Shown in pieces: positions 25,646-35,818 of a stretch of DNA of 64,000 nucleotides (within the stretch, counting starts at the first letter, position 1; every line of letters starts with the position of its first letter). Below the pieces are notes generated by a model. It made no database searches, was not told the origin of the DNA, and saw only the letters and a list, made by a program, of their open reading frames with translations. The position numbers and the translations under genes are program-made. The stretch lies in sequence record NC_042056.1. One strand, 5' to 3'.

Positions 25646-28600
25646 TTATACCCACTGACCGAAGTCAGTTCCATCTGTGGTGCGCTCAGCGTCCATCTTA
25701 GCCTGCAACACATTCCACAGCCTCGTGGTCATGTGTAGCGGGTTTATCCTTTTCGCTGTATAGCGGTCAGCGACAAACCACATCGCATCCGCTACGGTAT
25801 TTTCCGTTATCGTGGTGAGTAGTGTACCGCCCGCATCGTAGAGTTCGTACGTGAACTCCAGTTTCAACGGATCGGATGTGTACCCCGGAAGGTACGCCAG
25901 CTGAAGTTTCAAATCCCCACGACGGGCCGGTACCGGAACGCCGAGTTCACCGCCAAGGGATGAAGCGTAAGCCACATTTATCACCTGTCCACCAATGGCA
26001 AGCTGACGCACCGCATTGGCTTGTGTGCCTTTGACGATTTTCAGTTTGGCCACTTTGGAGGACTGCGGGAGATTGTACTCAACCAGCATGCCTGAGATAA
26101 GGAAGTTCGTGCCGTCAGAGCTGCCGGGTTTTCCGAACCAGTTGCCGTTCGTGTCGACAGAGTGAACCGACTGGAGCAGCGCATCCCGGTTAAACGCCAG
26201 TGGCAGGTAACCTGCGTGTGACGCATGGAAGGAACGACACCCCATCGGGACTAACTGGTATTCGGTATACCGCACGTCAGGTACGAACACTCCCGCAGGT
26301 AACACCACGGTCGCATTCTTCACCGACGTGTTCGGCAGCACACCCGAATCGGCATACGACTCGAACAGCGAACGAAGGTACTGGTAGGCATCTTCAACAA
26401 ACCCAATCCCGTCCAGCGGAGCCACAGACCCCAGAAGGCTACAGACACTCGTACCACCACCCAACGGTGGCAGTTCAAGTCCAACGAAGCCACCCATCAG
26501 TCCCCGGACATCAACATCGAACTGAATCTCCAGCTCATTAATGAGCAAAGAGCCATCGACGTCGTTTGGATTGCCCGCGAAGTACACGCTGAACACCGAC
26601 AGTTTCCGAAGCGTGACGTTGTACGAGTAACGCACCGCCAATCTCGGAGAGCCTGCTTTCAGTGTGGTCAAATCCATCACCCCCAAGACCGCTGACGCTT
26701 CATTCTTCCGAAGTGACGTCGTCTTGGAATACAGGATGTTGGATTCAAACGTTGGCAATGTCGTATTGACACCCGCATGGGTAGCGATAGCGTTAACGTA
26801 GCCGTAATCCGGTTCAGTCACACCATCGAGTGGCACGCGCAGATAGCGGTTTCGGTAATCCGCAGGCACACTCCCAAGGGTTGGGCTGGCAAACAACAAG
26901 GCCGGTAACGGTTGTGCGAACAGTCCGTTGGTCTGGTATTCTTCGTACACTAACCCACCTTGGAACGTCGGTGCCCCATTCGCCTTCGGGTTGGATGGGG
27001 TGAACCACCATTGCGGTGTTTGCTCCGTCGTCTCCAGCAGCATGTACGCTTTTTTCGTGGTGCTGTTGCGTGACATCTGCGCCAGTCCGTACACCGTCTC
27101 GGCTCCGGCAGTGACTTCACCGTAGAGGGCCGATGGTGAATTGAACCGCAGTTTACCAATCGGCAACATCGCCAGATTATCCGTCAGTGTCCAATCACGG
27201 GCCGCTGGGATATGTTGTTGCAAACTGGCTATATGGTCGGACGCCTCGTTGGAAATCCCGTAATCGCGCATCATCGGGAAACTGACGGTCGGGGTAGTGA
27301 TGCCGCCCGCAGGGACATCAACCACACCAATCAAGGCGGTTTCCGGTGAAACCTCATTTGTCGGTTGCGGTTCAGCACGACTGTACATGGATTGAGTTAC
27401 CATGTTCAGATACAGGAAGTGACGATTACCGAACGTTGGGGTCATGAACTCCCCAAGCTGGGTGATCGGCGTCCCGACGTCACTGCGGTAAATCGGCAGA
27501 GATTCGTCATAAACCTCAAAGGCCATCGCCGCAGCTTTCGTCGCGTCATTGCAGTCCGCACGAATCCCCAAGCAGGCAGATTGTTTTGCGGAGTCCACAT
27601 CGACTTCCAAGAAGAACGGCGAGTTGCCCGTCCCCACTTCCTGACCATCCAGATAGACCGTCACCTTACCACCCGCCACGATATACAGCCTCAGCGTTCC
27701 TGTGTACGATTTTAAGCGTAGTTTGGACAGCAGAGAGATAACGGACAGGTTACCCATCCCATTGGCACTCAAGCCGATAGGCGTCGCTTTTAAGGCGAAG
27801 TTGGGTTTGGAGGAAATGGCGGAGAAGTCAAAGTTCGCTGCGGTGTTCTTCACCGCAGGCGTCCAGTTACGCTCCATCGTGTTGTTCGGACTGAACCAGT
27901 TGAACATCGGGGTGGTTTCGAGGTTAATCGACCCACTTACCTTCCCCTCAGCCCGGTCATTCCCCCGCAGATAGAAATACTGGAGGTCTTTGACTTGAAG
28001 GATACGGCCAGATGCAACCGACCACGTTGAAGCATCGATGATGGAGAAATCTGTTGACACTCCGGTTTTCACCGACTTCAACGCATCACTAATCGCATCC
28101 AAACGATCGCTCAAGCGCTTCATGACGTTCGGTGTCACACCTTTACTGCCGGACAGACCATCATCCAAATCGGTGTACCGACCCAGACCCTCAGTGGCGT
28201 TCGTTGCCAGTGGCAAGTTTAAGGATGCAAATGTGTGCTTGTGTCCTTTATCACTCAACCCATCCATTGCGGTAGATTGGTCAGCAGAGACCGGTTTGTT
28301 GACGTCAGCAGTGTTATCTGCTTGGCTCAGACCAATATCTGTCTTGGTCATCACACGCGCACCGTCGTCCATTGGTTTGGAGTTGAGCATGGTGGTTTTC
28401 GCCACATAGCCCGACGCCTTACCTTCATACGGCTGCAACGAGTCTGGGGTCGAAGCAACACCACTGACTTCGTCGCCCACACCCGACTTTAACACCGCGG
28501 TACCTTTTACGGTGGTGGTGGCAGACGGTAGCGTCAGAGAGGCTTTAACCGGATCGGCTTTCGAACCTTTACCAGTGACTGAAATACCACCACGCCCCTG

Positions 28601-29725
28601 AACGTAAATCTTCTGGTCGTCCGGGTCGCTGGTTTGCCCGCTCTCAGTCGGTTGGTATTTCATCAGTAACGTGGTCGTGAGCAACACTTTCCCGTTCAGG
28701 GTCAGCTTGTCCATCCCGAGCGCATTACCTGATGACTCGATACGCAGGGTGTTCGTTCCCGACGTCCACTCCATGAAACGGGTAGTGGTGTCGTTGGCGT
28801 CGTAACCTGCGGCCAGAATAACCGCCCCGTTGCTTTTAATCGTAAAGGCTGTATCGGTGAAGGTGATTTCCGATGTTCCGCTTTTCGACTTGAACAACGA
28901 CCGGTTGGCAGCGAGTTGCTGAATAAAGACACCGGAGACATCTTTGCACGCCCACTTCTCGATATACTTATCGATATCGCTTTGCTGGAGCCCCAAGGCG
29001 CGGATTTCAGCCGTCAGGGTACGCAAGGTCTTCCCGTAAGCTAAGAACGTGTCTGGGGTCTTCAGGTTCGCAGGATGTGCGTTCGCTTGTGCGGACGTCG
29101 TCCCGTGGGGGTTGTGTGCCGCAATGTGTGCAGGGTAGTTAAAGGTGGTGATTTCCTTTGCTAATCCGGCAACGGTGACTTTCAGTGCCGCAAGCTTTGC
29201 CTTAACGGCATTGTTCGCGGCCTCAGAATCCAGCTCAACGTCATGCACGGCTGACGCCACGTATTTTTTATTCAGCAGGTCATGCCATGAAGTGGCAGCC
29301 GGTTTAGGGGGGAAGAACGTCGGGCGATTATCAACCTTAAACCAATCTGCATCCACAGGGTTATTCAGGTATTTAATCAGTTCATCGAGGATGTCAATGA
29401 ACGGCGAATAGAACGTATCCCCCAACGCTTGACCTACAAAGGTCAAAGACCCACCGATTTTCGGATTGATGAGTTGGATACCGCACGCAACAGGTGTGGC
29501 CACCGACTCATTCAGTTCTGGCATCTGGTAGGTTATTTCATAATCGACCCCACGGGTAAGCGGGGTCGTACTGCCGGACGCAGTCACCACTAAGCTGACT
29601 TCGAAGAACGGGCGGTTTTTCAGAATCACCACCCGGTCATCGGTCTTCTCGTTTGTGATGATGCGTTCTTCCTTGAACGCATTTGCGGGGCTAGTACCCT
29701 TCCAGTCGTAAGGATACGAAACCAT
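25646..29725 (-). CDS. Large tail-fibre-like virion protein (1359 aa)
   Basis: YPYDWKG..RPFF..GVDYEI N-domain; NPHG; KTDIGL..DNTADVNKPVS; HKH. Confidence 0.7.
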   Translation of the reverse strand: MVSYPYDWKGTSPANAFKEERIITNEKTDDRVVILKNRPFFEVSLVVTASGSTTPLTRGVDYEITYQMPELNESVATPVACGIQLINPKIGGSLTFVGQALGDTFYSPFIDILDELIKYLNNPVDADWFKVDNRPTFFPPKPAATSWHDLLNKKYVASAVHDVELDSEAANNAVKAKLAALKVTVAGLAKEITTFNYPAHIAAHNPHGTTSAQANAHPANLKTPDTFLAYGKTLRTLTAEIRALGLQQSDIDKYIEKWACKDVSGVFIQQLAANRSLFKSKSGTSEITFTDTAFTIKSNGAVILAAGYDANDTTTRFMEWTSGTNTLRIESSGNALGMDKLTLNGKVLLTTTLLMKYQPTESGQTSDPDDQKIYVQGRGGISVTGKGSKADPVKASLTLPSATTTVKGTAVLKSGVGDEVSGVASTPDSLQPYEGKASGYVAKTTMLNSKPMDDGARVMTKTDIGLSQADNTADVNKPVSADQSTAMDGLSDKGHKHTFASLNLPLATNATEGLGRYTDLDDGLSGSKGVTPNVMKRLSDRLDAISDALKSVKTGVSTDFSIIDASTWSVASGRILQVKDLQYFYLRGNDRAEGKVSGSINLETTPMFNWFSPNNTMERNWTPAVKNTAANFDFSAISSKPNFALKATPIGLSANGMGNLSVISLLSKLRLKSYTGTLRLYIVAGGKVTVYLDGQEVGTGNSPFFLEVDVDSAKQSACLGIRADCNDATKAAAMAFEVYDESLPIYRSDVGTPITQLGEFMTPTFGNRHFLYLNMVTQSMYSRAEPQPTNEVSPETALIGVVDVPAGGITTPTVSFPMMRDYGISNEASDHIASLQQHIPAARDWTLTDNLAMLPIGKLRFNSPSALYGEVTAGAETVYGLAQMSRNSTTKKAYMLLETTEQTPQWWFTPSNPKANGAPTFQGGLVYEEYQTNGLFAQPLPALLFASPTLGSVPADYRNRYLRVPLDGVTEPDYGYVNAIATHAGVNTTLPTFESNILYSKTTSLRKNEASAVLGVMDLTTLKAGSPRLAVRYSYNVTLRKLSVFSVYFAGNPNDVDGSLLINELEIQFDVDVRGLMGGFVGLELPPLGGGTSVCSLLGSVAPLDGIGFVEDAYQYLRSLFESYADSGVLPNTSVKNATVVLPAGVFVPDVRYTEYQLVPMGCRSFHASHAGYLPLAFNRDALLQSVHSVDTNGNWFGKPGSSDGTNFLISGMLVEYNLPQSSKVAKLKIVKGTQANAVRQLAIGGQVINVAYASSLGGELGVPVPARRGDLKLQLAYLPGYTSDPLKLEFTYELYDAGGTLLTTITENTVADAMWFVADRYTAKRINPLHMTTRLWNVLQAKMDAERTTDGTDFGQWV

Positions 29726-29735
29726 TTGCTTCTCC

Positions 29736-32700
29736 TTAATCTCTAAATACGATGGCCTTGTAGTTATTGCCTACGAGTTGCAAGTCCATCCCCACGTAGT
29801 TAATCGCGCTCGGTAGACCGTCACCCCATTTCGCGGCAGCGATGTTGTTGGCGATAACGGATTTCTTGAGGTCAATCGCTTGCGAGTTTCCGGCCAGCCC
29901 TTCGTAAACCCGTACCCGGCCCAACTCACTGTAGTTGTTCAGGTAATCGAGTGCCGTGACATACCGATGCTGTGCGTTGAACTGCCCGGCAGTATAACTC
30001 ACCATGATTTTTACCGTCTTGTTCAGCGCAGCCCCAACACCGAAATAAATCGGCTTTTCAGGGGTACTGAGAAGCATGGCGACGTCGATGTCAGCGGCCG
30101 CTAAACGGCTTGTGATATCAGTCGTGCTTTTCTCCCCAGTCTCTACCCGTTCAATCACCATCGTTGACGCCACCGTGGAGAGCGTGATCGTGTACTTGAT
30201 GGTATAGTTGAGCAGCTTCACCGTACCGGTAATGACGATGCTAGGCCCGCGATTCAGGCCATACGTCAATCGTGGGTTGAGCCTGTCAAACGATGATGCT
30301 ATCGCGTAACGCGACTCGTCGATACCTAACGTGAACGACGGGGTTGCGCCCGCTGCGCCCCAGTTGCCACACAATGCCAGATTGACACGGTTACCCGCAG
30401 GACTGTTGACACCTGAAGTGGTAACAGCCAAGGACAAGGTGCGGAAGGCGGCACCTTTCTTGTACGCCAAGAGGTGTAAGAGTCCATCACCCGAAACGGT
30501 TGTCTCGTCCGGTGTGAAGTTAACACCCACACCATCAGCGTTTGAGATTGGTGTCAGGTTCACCCATCCAGCACGATAGGTCGTGGTGACTTGGAAACCA
30601 CCATCAATGGGGTAGCCTGCCGCTAATGCGGTGAGACCATCGATAGCGAACTCTCGCCAGTCACTCCCTACGGTGTTTACCGAGCCTGACCCACCGGCCC
30701 ACGAAACACCTTCTTTTCCATAAGTGTACCCAAATGCCGCCTGTGTGATGGCGCGTGGCGTATGGGCACTGACGTTCTCCGCATGGTCAGACAACTCGCG
30801 GTAATCGCCCAAACGCGTTACGTTACGTACGCTGGCAGAAATGACACTGTCTTCGTCAGTCACGATGTCGCCAATTCGTGTCATCGTTTCCGATTCGGCG
30901 AGATTGGTACTGTCCTTAATGACATAAACCGCAGCATTATCAACGATGTCTACAAAGATACCAAAGGTGGCATCTACATGGCTTGCCGGGAACAGTTCTG
31001 CGACGTTAAACGTGGTTAGGGGCACCGTGTAATCACGACCAACGAAATAGTTGTTCGCTTTGATGGACACCATCCAGCCCGTGATGGTTACAGCCGCTTG
31101 AATCGCACCGTTACCACTCTCACCATAACGCAAGATATCAATCACCGCATTCGGGTCACTGTTATCCTGCACCGCTTCGAGCTTCGCCACATCTTTCAGT
31201 TGTTGAAGCACGTAGGAACCGTCGAGCGCGAGTGTGGCGTCATTCACCAACCCACCGTAGCGAATAAGACCCGCTTTAGCTGTGGTAGCCGAACCAATAC
31301 CAAACGCCGCAGCGTCGTGGGTATGGCCGACTTGGGCATACTTCGCAAACTCGGTAGCCTGTGCGGTCGAGACCGGCAGCGCATCATCGCTGATGTTCTC
31401 CACACTACCCAGATTCAATGTGTACTTGTCGATGGTCACAGACGAAGCCAACGATACCCCGTTGATATACGCACGGGCCTTCTCCAGTTTCCCGGTAAAG
31501 GTTTGCGCCAGCTTCTTAATCAAAGCCGGGGTCGCAGCCAATGTTTGTGAGTCACCAAACTCACTGGTGAGCAGGCGCATGGCCAGCGTATTCACATCGG
31601 TATCAGACGGCGGGAGGAAAGTCAGGATAAACGGTTGGGTTTCAATCCCGTTACCAGTAATACTAACCGTTGGGGTATTGGCACCGTAATAGATACCGTC
31701 ACCCCCACCGCTGTTCCCCGGTAGGTACTGACCGACTGTCGTTGGATCGAGTAAGATTTTGTTGTTCCACCGCAGACCACGCGAGTCGGGGTAGAGTACA
31801 AACGTATTCGCCCCGGCAGTAAACGTAATCGGTTGGTTACCGGCAGACACACGGATGTTGTCACGCGCTAACGCCCGAACCGCTTTATCGTCAACCTGCA
31901 AATTCGTACCTACACCATTTGACTCAGCGTCTTTTGATGAGGTTACAGATGACAGACCCGGTAACATGGTAAAGGTACCGGTAATCGTCCGGTCAGCACC
32001 GGTACGCAACATCTTGTCTGTGAAGTCTGAGGCTTTCGCACTGAGGCCATTCACATACGTGGCTAATTGCGCCTGTGTACGCCCGTAGACGAGAGTTGCA
32101 TCGTCAGCAATACCGTTCTTCTCAATCGCACGCATACGCCCGTAGGAATCGTCACCGTGCGGATTGTTCTTATCAGTGACGTGTGCAATCGCCGGAGAGG
32201 TGCGATACAGCTTATCGACCAACTCGTGATACTTTTTGAGGATGGTTAAGACATCGCTGCCGTCGGAATCGGTGGGGACTTGGGCAAGCTTTTTACCGAT
32301 GGCCGCGATGGCGTTCATCAGTTCACGTTCGCCTTTCCAATTTTCCCAATCGAACTGGATATCCACTGGCGGGAAATACACATCCCCAATGACCATCTCC
32401 CACTGACACTCGGACGGGAACACATCTTTATTCCGGTCACGCTCGGCATTAACCTGCGCAGTGCTTCCGACACCGATACCTACCGCGTGGTAATCCAATG
32501 TGAAGTTCTGCGTGTAATTTGGGTTGATTATCCAAACCATGCCGTGGGTGGAACGCCCTGTCCGCTGCATAGAGGTCATGTACGGATGAGTGATGACGTA
32601 ATCCGAGGCCAGCTTTAAAACTTTACCAGCACTTTTGACGACCAATGAACCGGTGTAAAAAGGGCCATTCTTCGGGACCAGCATGCGGTACTTCGTACCA

Positions 32701-32771
32701 ATGACGGTTCCCGGCTCACCGGTAATTTTATTACCCGGTAATTTTTGATGCGGGTCAAAGACGACAGCCAT
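29736..32771 (-). CDS. Tail-fibre-like virion protein (1011 aa)
   Basis: FDP..N.I..GPFY..SDY N-domain; NNPHG; LGSVENISDDALPVS; HTH. Confidence 0.7.
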   Translation of the reverse strand: MAVVFDPHQKLPGNKITGEPGTVIGTKYRMLVPKNGPFYTGSLVVKSAGKVLKLASDYVITHPYMTSMQRTGRSTHGMVWIINPNYTQNFTLDYHAVGIGVGSTAQVNAERDRNKDVFPSECQWEMVIGDVYFPPVDIQFDWENWKGERELMNAIAAIGKKLAQVPTDSDGSDVLTILKKYHELVDKLYRTSPAIAHVTDKNNPHGDDSYGRMRAIEKNGIADDATLVYGRTQAQLATYVNGLSAKASDFTDKMLRTGADRTITGTFTMLPGLSSVTSSKDAESNGVGTNLQVDDKAVRALARDNIRVSAGNQPITFTAGANTFVLYPDSRGLRWNNKILLDPTTVGQYLPGNSGGGDGIYYGANTPTVSITGNGIETQPFILTFLPPSDTDVNTLAMRLLTSEFGDSQTLAATPALIKKLAQTFTGKLEKARAYINGVSLASSVTIDKYTLNLGSVENISDDALPVSTAQATEFAKYAQVGHTHDAAAFGIGSATTAKAGLIRYGGLVNDATLALDGSYVLQQLKDVAKLEAVQDNSDPNAVIDILRYGESGNGAIQAAVTITGWMVSIKANNYFVGRDYTVPLTTFNVAELFPASHVDATFGIFVDIVDNAAVYVIKDSTNLAESETMTRIGDIVTDEDSVISASVRNVTRLGDYRELSDHAENVSAHTPRAITQAAFGYTYGKEGVSWAGGSGSVNTVGSDWREFAIDGLTALAAGYPIDGGFQVTTTYRAGWVNLTPISNADGVGVNFTPDETTVSGDGLLHLLAYKKGAAFRTLSLAVTTSGVNSPAGNRVNLALCGNWGAAGATPSFTLGIDESRYAIASSFDRLNPRLTYGLNRGPSIVITGTVKLLNYTIKYTITLSTVASTMVIERVETGEKSTTDITSRLAAADIDVAMLLSTPEKPIYFGVGAALNKTVKIMVSYTAGQFNAQHRYVTALDYLNNYSELGRVRVYEGLAGNSQAIDLKKSVIANNIAAAKWGDGLPSAINYVGMDLQLVGNNYKAIVFRD

Positions 32772-32837
32772 TTTCTACTCCTTAATATCCAAGTCGTCGA
32801 GTTCATACTATGACCTGAACCCTTAGAGGAATCGCTT

Positions 32838-34097
32838 GTGGATGCTATTTATCAAGTGCGGGGCGACTGTGCATTTGGCTTCTCCAGAGACACCCGGACT
32901 TGGGTTGCCATCGACGTTTCCCAGCCATTAAAAACACTCTGTGGGAATTACCACACCTTTGAAGTGGGGTTAGAATCCCTCGGACACGAGTTTACCTTAT
33001 TCAGTCTGTATTACTTAGGCGAACTCCAGCAGCGTTCTGATACGTTGCAAGACTGGTTAAACACCAAAGCAGGGGTAAGCCTAGCCTTGCTGAAAGATGG
33101 GCTGCCTAAGCTCGAATTCGTAGAAGGCCATTACCAGTGCCTGAATGCGCCTGTGGGGCCGGAAGCCTACTTGTGCCCACCGAACTACCACTACAGTCAA
33201 GACTTTGCGTTAGACGACGCCAGCGACATGGTCGTGCTGGCAACCGGGGACGATCGTCAGACACTGGCTACCAATGCGTTGTTCAACATTAACGGCCAAT
33301 GGGTACCGCACAAACAAGACAGCGTCGGTGTTCGCTTACCGGGCGCAGGTAATATTGTTCGTCGTAGTGGGCAGTCTGATATCGGCTGTTGGTTCTTTGA
33401 TGATATTGGGTCTGTTGAAACCTACCCGATGAAAGACCTGACCCTTACTAAGTTGGATACGACACGCGACTACCACTCCACACTGATGGTGTCTCTCCCA
33501 ACGAGCATTACTGGGAAAACCGTCGGGTATGTGATTGGTGGTATCCTGCACTGGTTGAAGCCAGAGTTCTATTTCAGTGACAAAGCCATTATGTTGAGTC
33601 TGCCGAACATGAGCCTGATTAAAACCATCATGGAAACCCGTGAGTATTACGACTGGGAGAAAATCGGCATCGGTGATTTGTCCACCCCGACCTCCGTGAA
33701 TGCGCTCAAGAACCCAGAGAACTTCAAAGCGTTACTCCAGCACGAATCCAGTTTCATCGTGTTGGTCGATAACCCGTATTTGGAGTTTGAAGAACTTGGC
33801 CTCAATCACGGTGCGTCGTATGGTCGTTTCCACTTGCGTGACCCGAATGACATTGACAGCGAAAAGCCTCTTGGCCCGCTGTTCAATCAATTCGGTAAAT
33901 GCGTCGGTTACTGGCCAACGTGGGAAGACGGTGAGTGGACATTCCACACCGGGGAACTGACTCGACCTAACTGGCTGTTTAACCGCAGCAAGTGGCAGAA
34001 TCAAGGTCTGGTAAATGATGCCATCCCGATTCACAGCTACCAGCCGTACCGCGTCATCAATGCGCACATGAAGCGCGTCAAGGCACGAAAAAAATAA
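32838..34097 (+). CDS. Hypothetical protein, probably virion structural
   Basis: 419-aa ORF, GTG start with GAGGA SD, divergent from the tail block; function inferred from context only. Confidence 0.55.
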   Translation: MDAIYQVRGDCAFGFSRDTRTWVAIDVSQPLKTLCGNYHTFEVGLESLGHEFTLFSLYYLGELQQRSDTLQDWLNTKAGVSLALLKDGLPKLEFVEGHYQCLNAPVGPEAYLCPPNYHYSQDFALDDASDMVVLATGDDRQTLATNALFNINGQWVPHKQDSVGVRLPGAGNIVRRSGQSDIGCWFFDDIGSVETYPMKDLTLTKLDTTRDYHSTLMVSLPTSITGKTVGYVIGGILHWLKPEFYFSDKAIMLSLPNMSLIKTIMETREYYDWEKIGIGDLSTPTSVNALKNPENFKALLQHESSFIVLVDNPYLEFEELGLNHGASYGRFHLRDPNDIDSEKPLGPLFNQFGKCVGYWPTWEDGEWTFHTGELTRPNWLFNRSKWQNQGLVNDAIPIHSYQPYRVINAHMKRVKARKK

Positions 34098-34145
34098 CCT
34101 GTCTACCTCTCCTTCACGGGAGAGGTAGTGGTTTTACTTTTTTTG
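34089..34145. terminator. Bidirectional terminator
   Basis: CTACCTCTCC..GGAGAGGTAG stem with A-run before and T-run after, between convergent genes. Confidence 0.8.
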
Positions 34146-34146
34146 C

Positions 34147-34356
34147 TTATTCAGCTTTGTAGACGATGGCGCTACCGTGCTGGGTGTTATTGCCGGAGAT
34201 ACCGACCACCTTGAACGCATCGCCGCCTGCTTCTTCGGCTTTCTTAGCCAGCGCGGCAGTTACGTCATCGACAGTCGAACCGGTAGCACTGACGTTACCG
34301 ATTTTCTTGTAGTTGGACGGAATGGTTTCTGCGCTTGCGAACTCTTTAATGCTCAT
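34147..34356 (-). CDS. DUF1471 (YdgH/BhsA/McbA-like) protein lacking a signal peptide
   Basis: KIGNVSATGST..LAKKA..GGDAFKV..GNN..HGSAIVYK; GAGGA SD. Confidence 0.8.
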   Translation of the reverse strand: MSIKEFASAETIPSNYKKIGNVSATGSTVDDVTAALAKKAEEAGGDAFKVVGISGNNTQHGSAIVYKAE

Positions 34357-34419
34357 TACAAAATCCTCTTTCTGATTAAAGGCACAATGCCATGTAGCAT
34401 AATAACAGGCCAGAACGTA

Positions 34420-34453
34420 AAAAGAAAAGAACCCTACTCCGAAGAGTAGGGGT
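34420..34453 (-). terminator. Intrinsic terminator
   Basis: Minus strand CCCTACTC-TTCG-GAGTAGGG followed by TTCTTTTCTTTT. Confidence 0.75.
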
Positions 34454-34608
34454 TTCCCATGACTTTAATTTAGACCGAGGTCTGCCATGCCTATTGTGAA
34501 CATCTTCAAATTAGCGCGGAAAAAAGTGGCTGCTTAACAAGACGGGGTTTAATGTCGTCGAGTATTCGACAGCTATGACGTTTGTCATAATAGACAGGTG
34601 TCTTGTAA

Positions 34609-35535
34609 TTAATGTGGTTTAGACACATCTTTACCGTCGCCTTGTTCGGTGTGCGTGTGGACAGAGAACGTGATGTTGGCAATCTTCGCATCACTCACAG
34701 TGAACATACCTACACCTTCACCCGTGCCGCCATACAGGAAGTCTTTCCCGACTTCGACATTGCCGGTGAATTTGGACTTCGGTGAGTCAACCAACCAGTC
34801 TTGCGTTTTGAACGTGGCCGACTTACCAGCGGTCACATCCCAGACGTCACACTTCCCTTTAATGAGTTTCGATTCCATGTTTATCGATTTCTTCGAGAAC
34901 ATGAAGATGTCTTCTTTGTTCATGTTGATTTTCGATAGCATGGCGTTCTCAAACCCAAGGTCGTACTCCAATGAGTTCATGTAATACTGGTTGCCGAGGT
35001 GGTCACGGCAAATCCACGTACCGTCACGGGTGTTGAACTGATGGATGTAGGCGGCCTTCTCCCCGTTCATCATCGATGTACGCAGGGTAATGTGTCCGTC
35101 CATCGGTGAATAGTTGACGACGTAGGCATTCGACAGGTCATCCGCCATCATGTTGTTCGGGTCGGCTGAGAAGGCGAAGATAGCATCTTCTAATCGCTTC
35201 ACGTTTGCCGTGTTCAGGTCAACCCAAAAGAAGATGTCTGTTTCACCCAAACGGTAAATGAGCACTTGGTCTTCTTTACGGACGTTTGGGGAGTTGACGC
35301 GGTTTGAGTTGAACTTCCACCACCGGGCGGTAATGGTGTTCCCCTCTTTAACTTTTAAGTTGTCAGTTGCGGTGCCCGTGGAGTGGGATTTTTCTGTTTC
35401 CATCTCTTGGACAGCAACCTTGGTCGGTTCCATGAAGCTGACTTCAATGGGAATGATTCTCACGATATCGGTTTTCCGAGCTTTGTCTTCGGCAACGATA
35501 CCCAGAGAATAGAAATGGACTTGAGACTTTTCCAC
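34609..35535 (-). CDS. Baseplate central spike (gpV/gp138-like)
   Basis: Beta-repeat C-terminal half ending HTHTEQGDGKDVSKPH (HxH apex motif); GAGGAGG SD before GTG 35535. Confidence 0.75.
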   Translation of the reverse strand: MEKSQVHFYSLGIVAEDKARKTDIVRIIPIEVSFMEPTKVAVQEMETEKSHSTGTATDNLKVKEGNTITARWWKFNSNRVNSPNVRKEDQVLIYRLGETDIFFWVDLNTANVKRLEDAIFAFSADPNNMMADDLSNAYVVNYSPMDGHITLRTSMMNGEKAAYIHQFNTRDGTWICRDHLGNQYYMNSLEYDLGFENAMLSKINMNKEDIFMFSKKSINMESKLIKGKCDVWDVTAGKSATFKTQDWLVDSPKSKFTGNVEVGKDFLYGGTGEGVGMFTVSDAKIANITFSVHTHTEQGDGKDVSKPH

Positions 35536-35818
35536 GTTTACCTCCTCGGTTCTCATATTACCCCTTTTTTACGTCTGATCCTTTTGATGTGTCGAAGGGA
35601 AACCGTCGGGGGAAAGGGGGGATCTGTGTGAGGATTGCATAGATCAACGGAGGTAGCGTCCCTGCTACCGACACCCTTTATTCTTTTTGTCTTGACCTTG
35701 CCCTATTCTTTTTTACACCAGTGGGCAGTCGTATGGCATTGAGCCATACGGATACCGTTTTCGTTTCCCGATTAGGGGTCGTCGGTTATCCTTTCTTCCT
35801 TTTTCAGAGGTATTAGAA

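Noticed and set aside
32790-32830. TATG as a phiKZ-type late promoter here and near 11180 and 11768
   Set aside because: A 4-nt motif occurs too often by chance to call without transcription start data.
35597-35621. G-rich tract as a possible G-quadruplex
   Set aside because: Only three clear G-runs with uneven loops; insufficient support.
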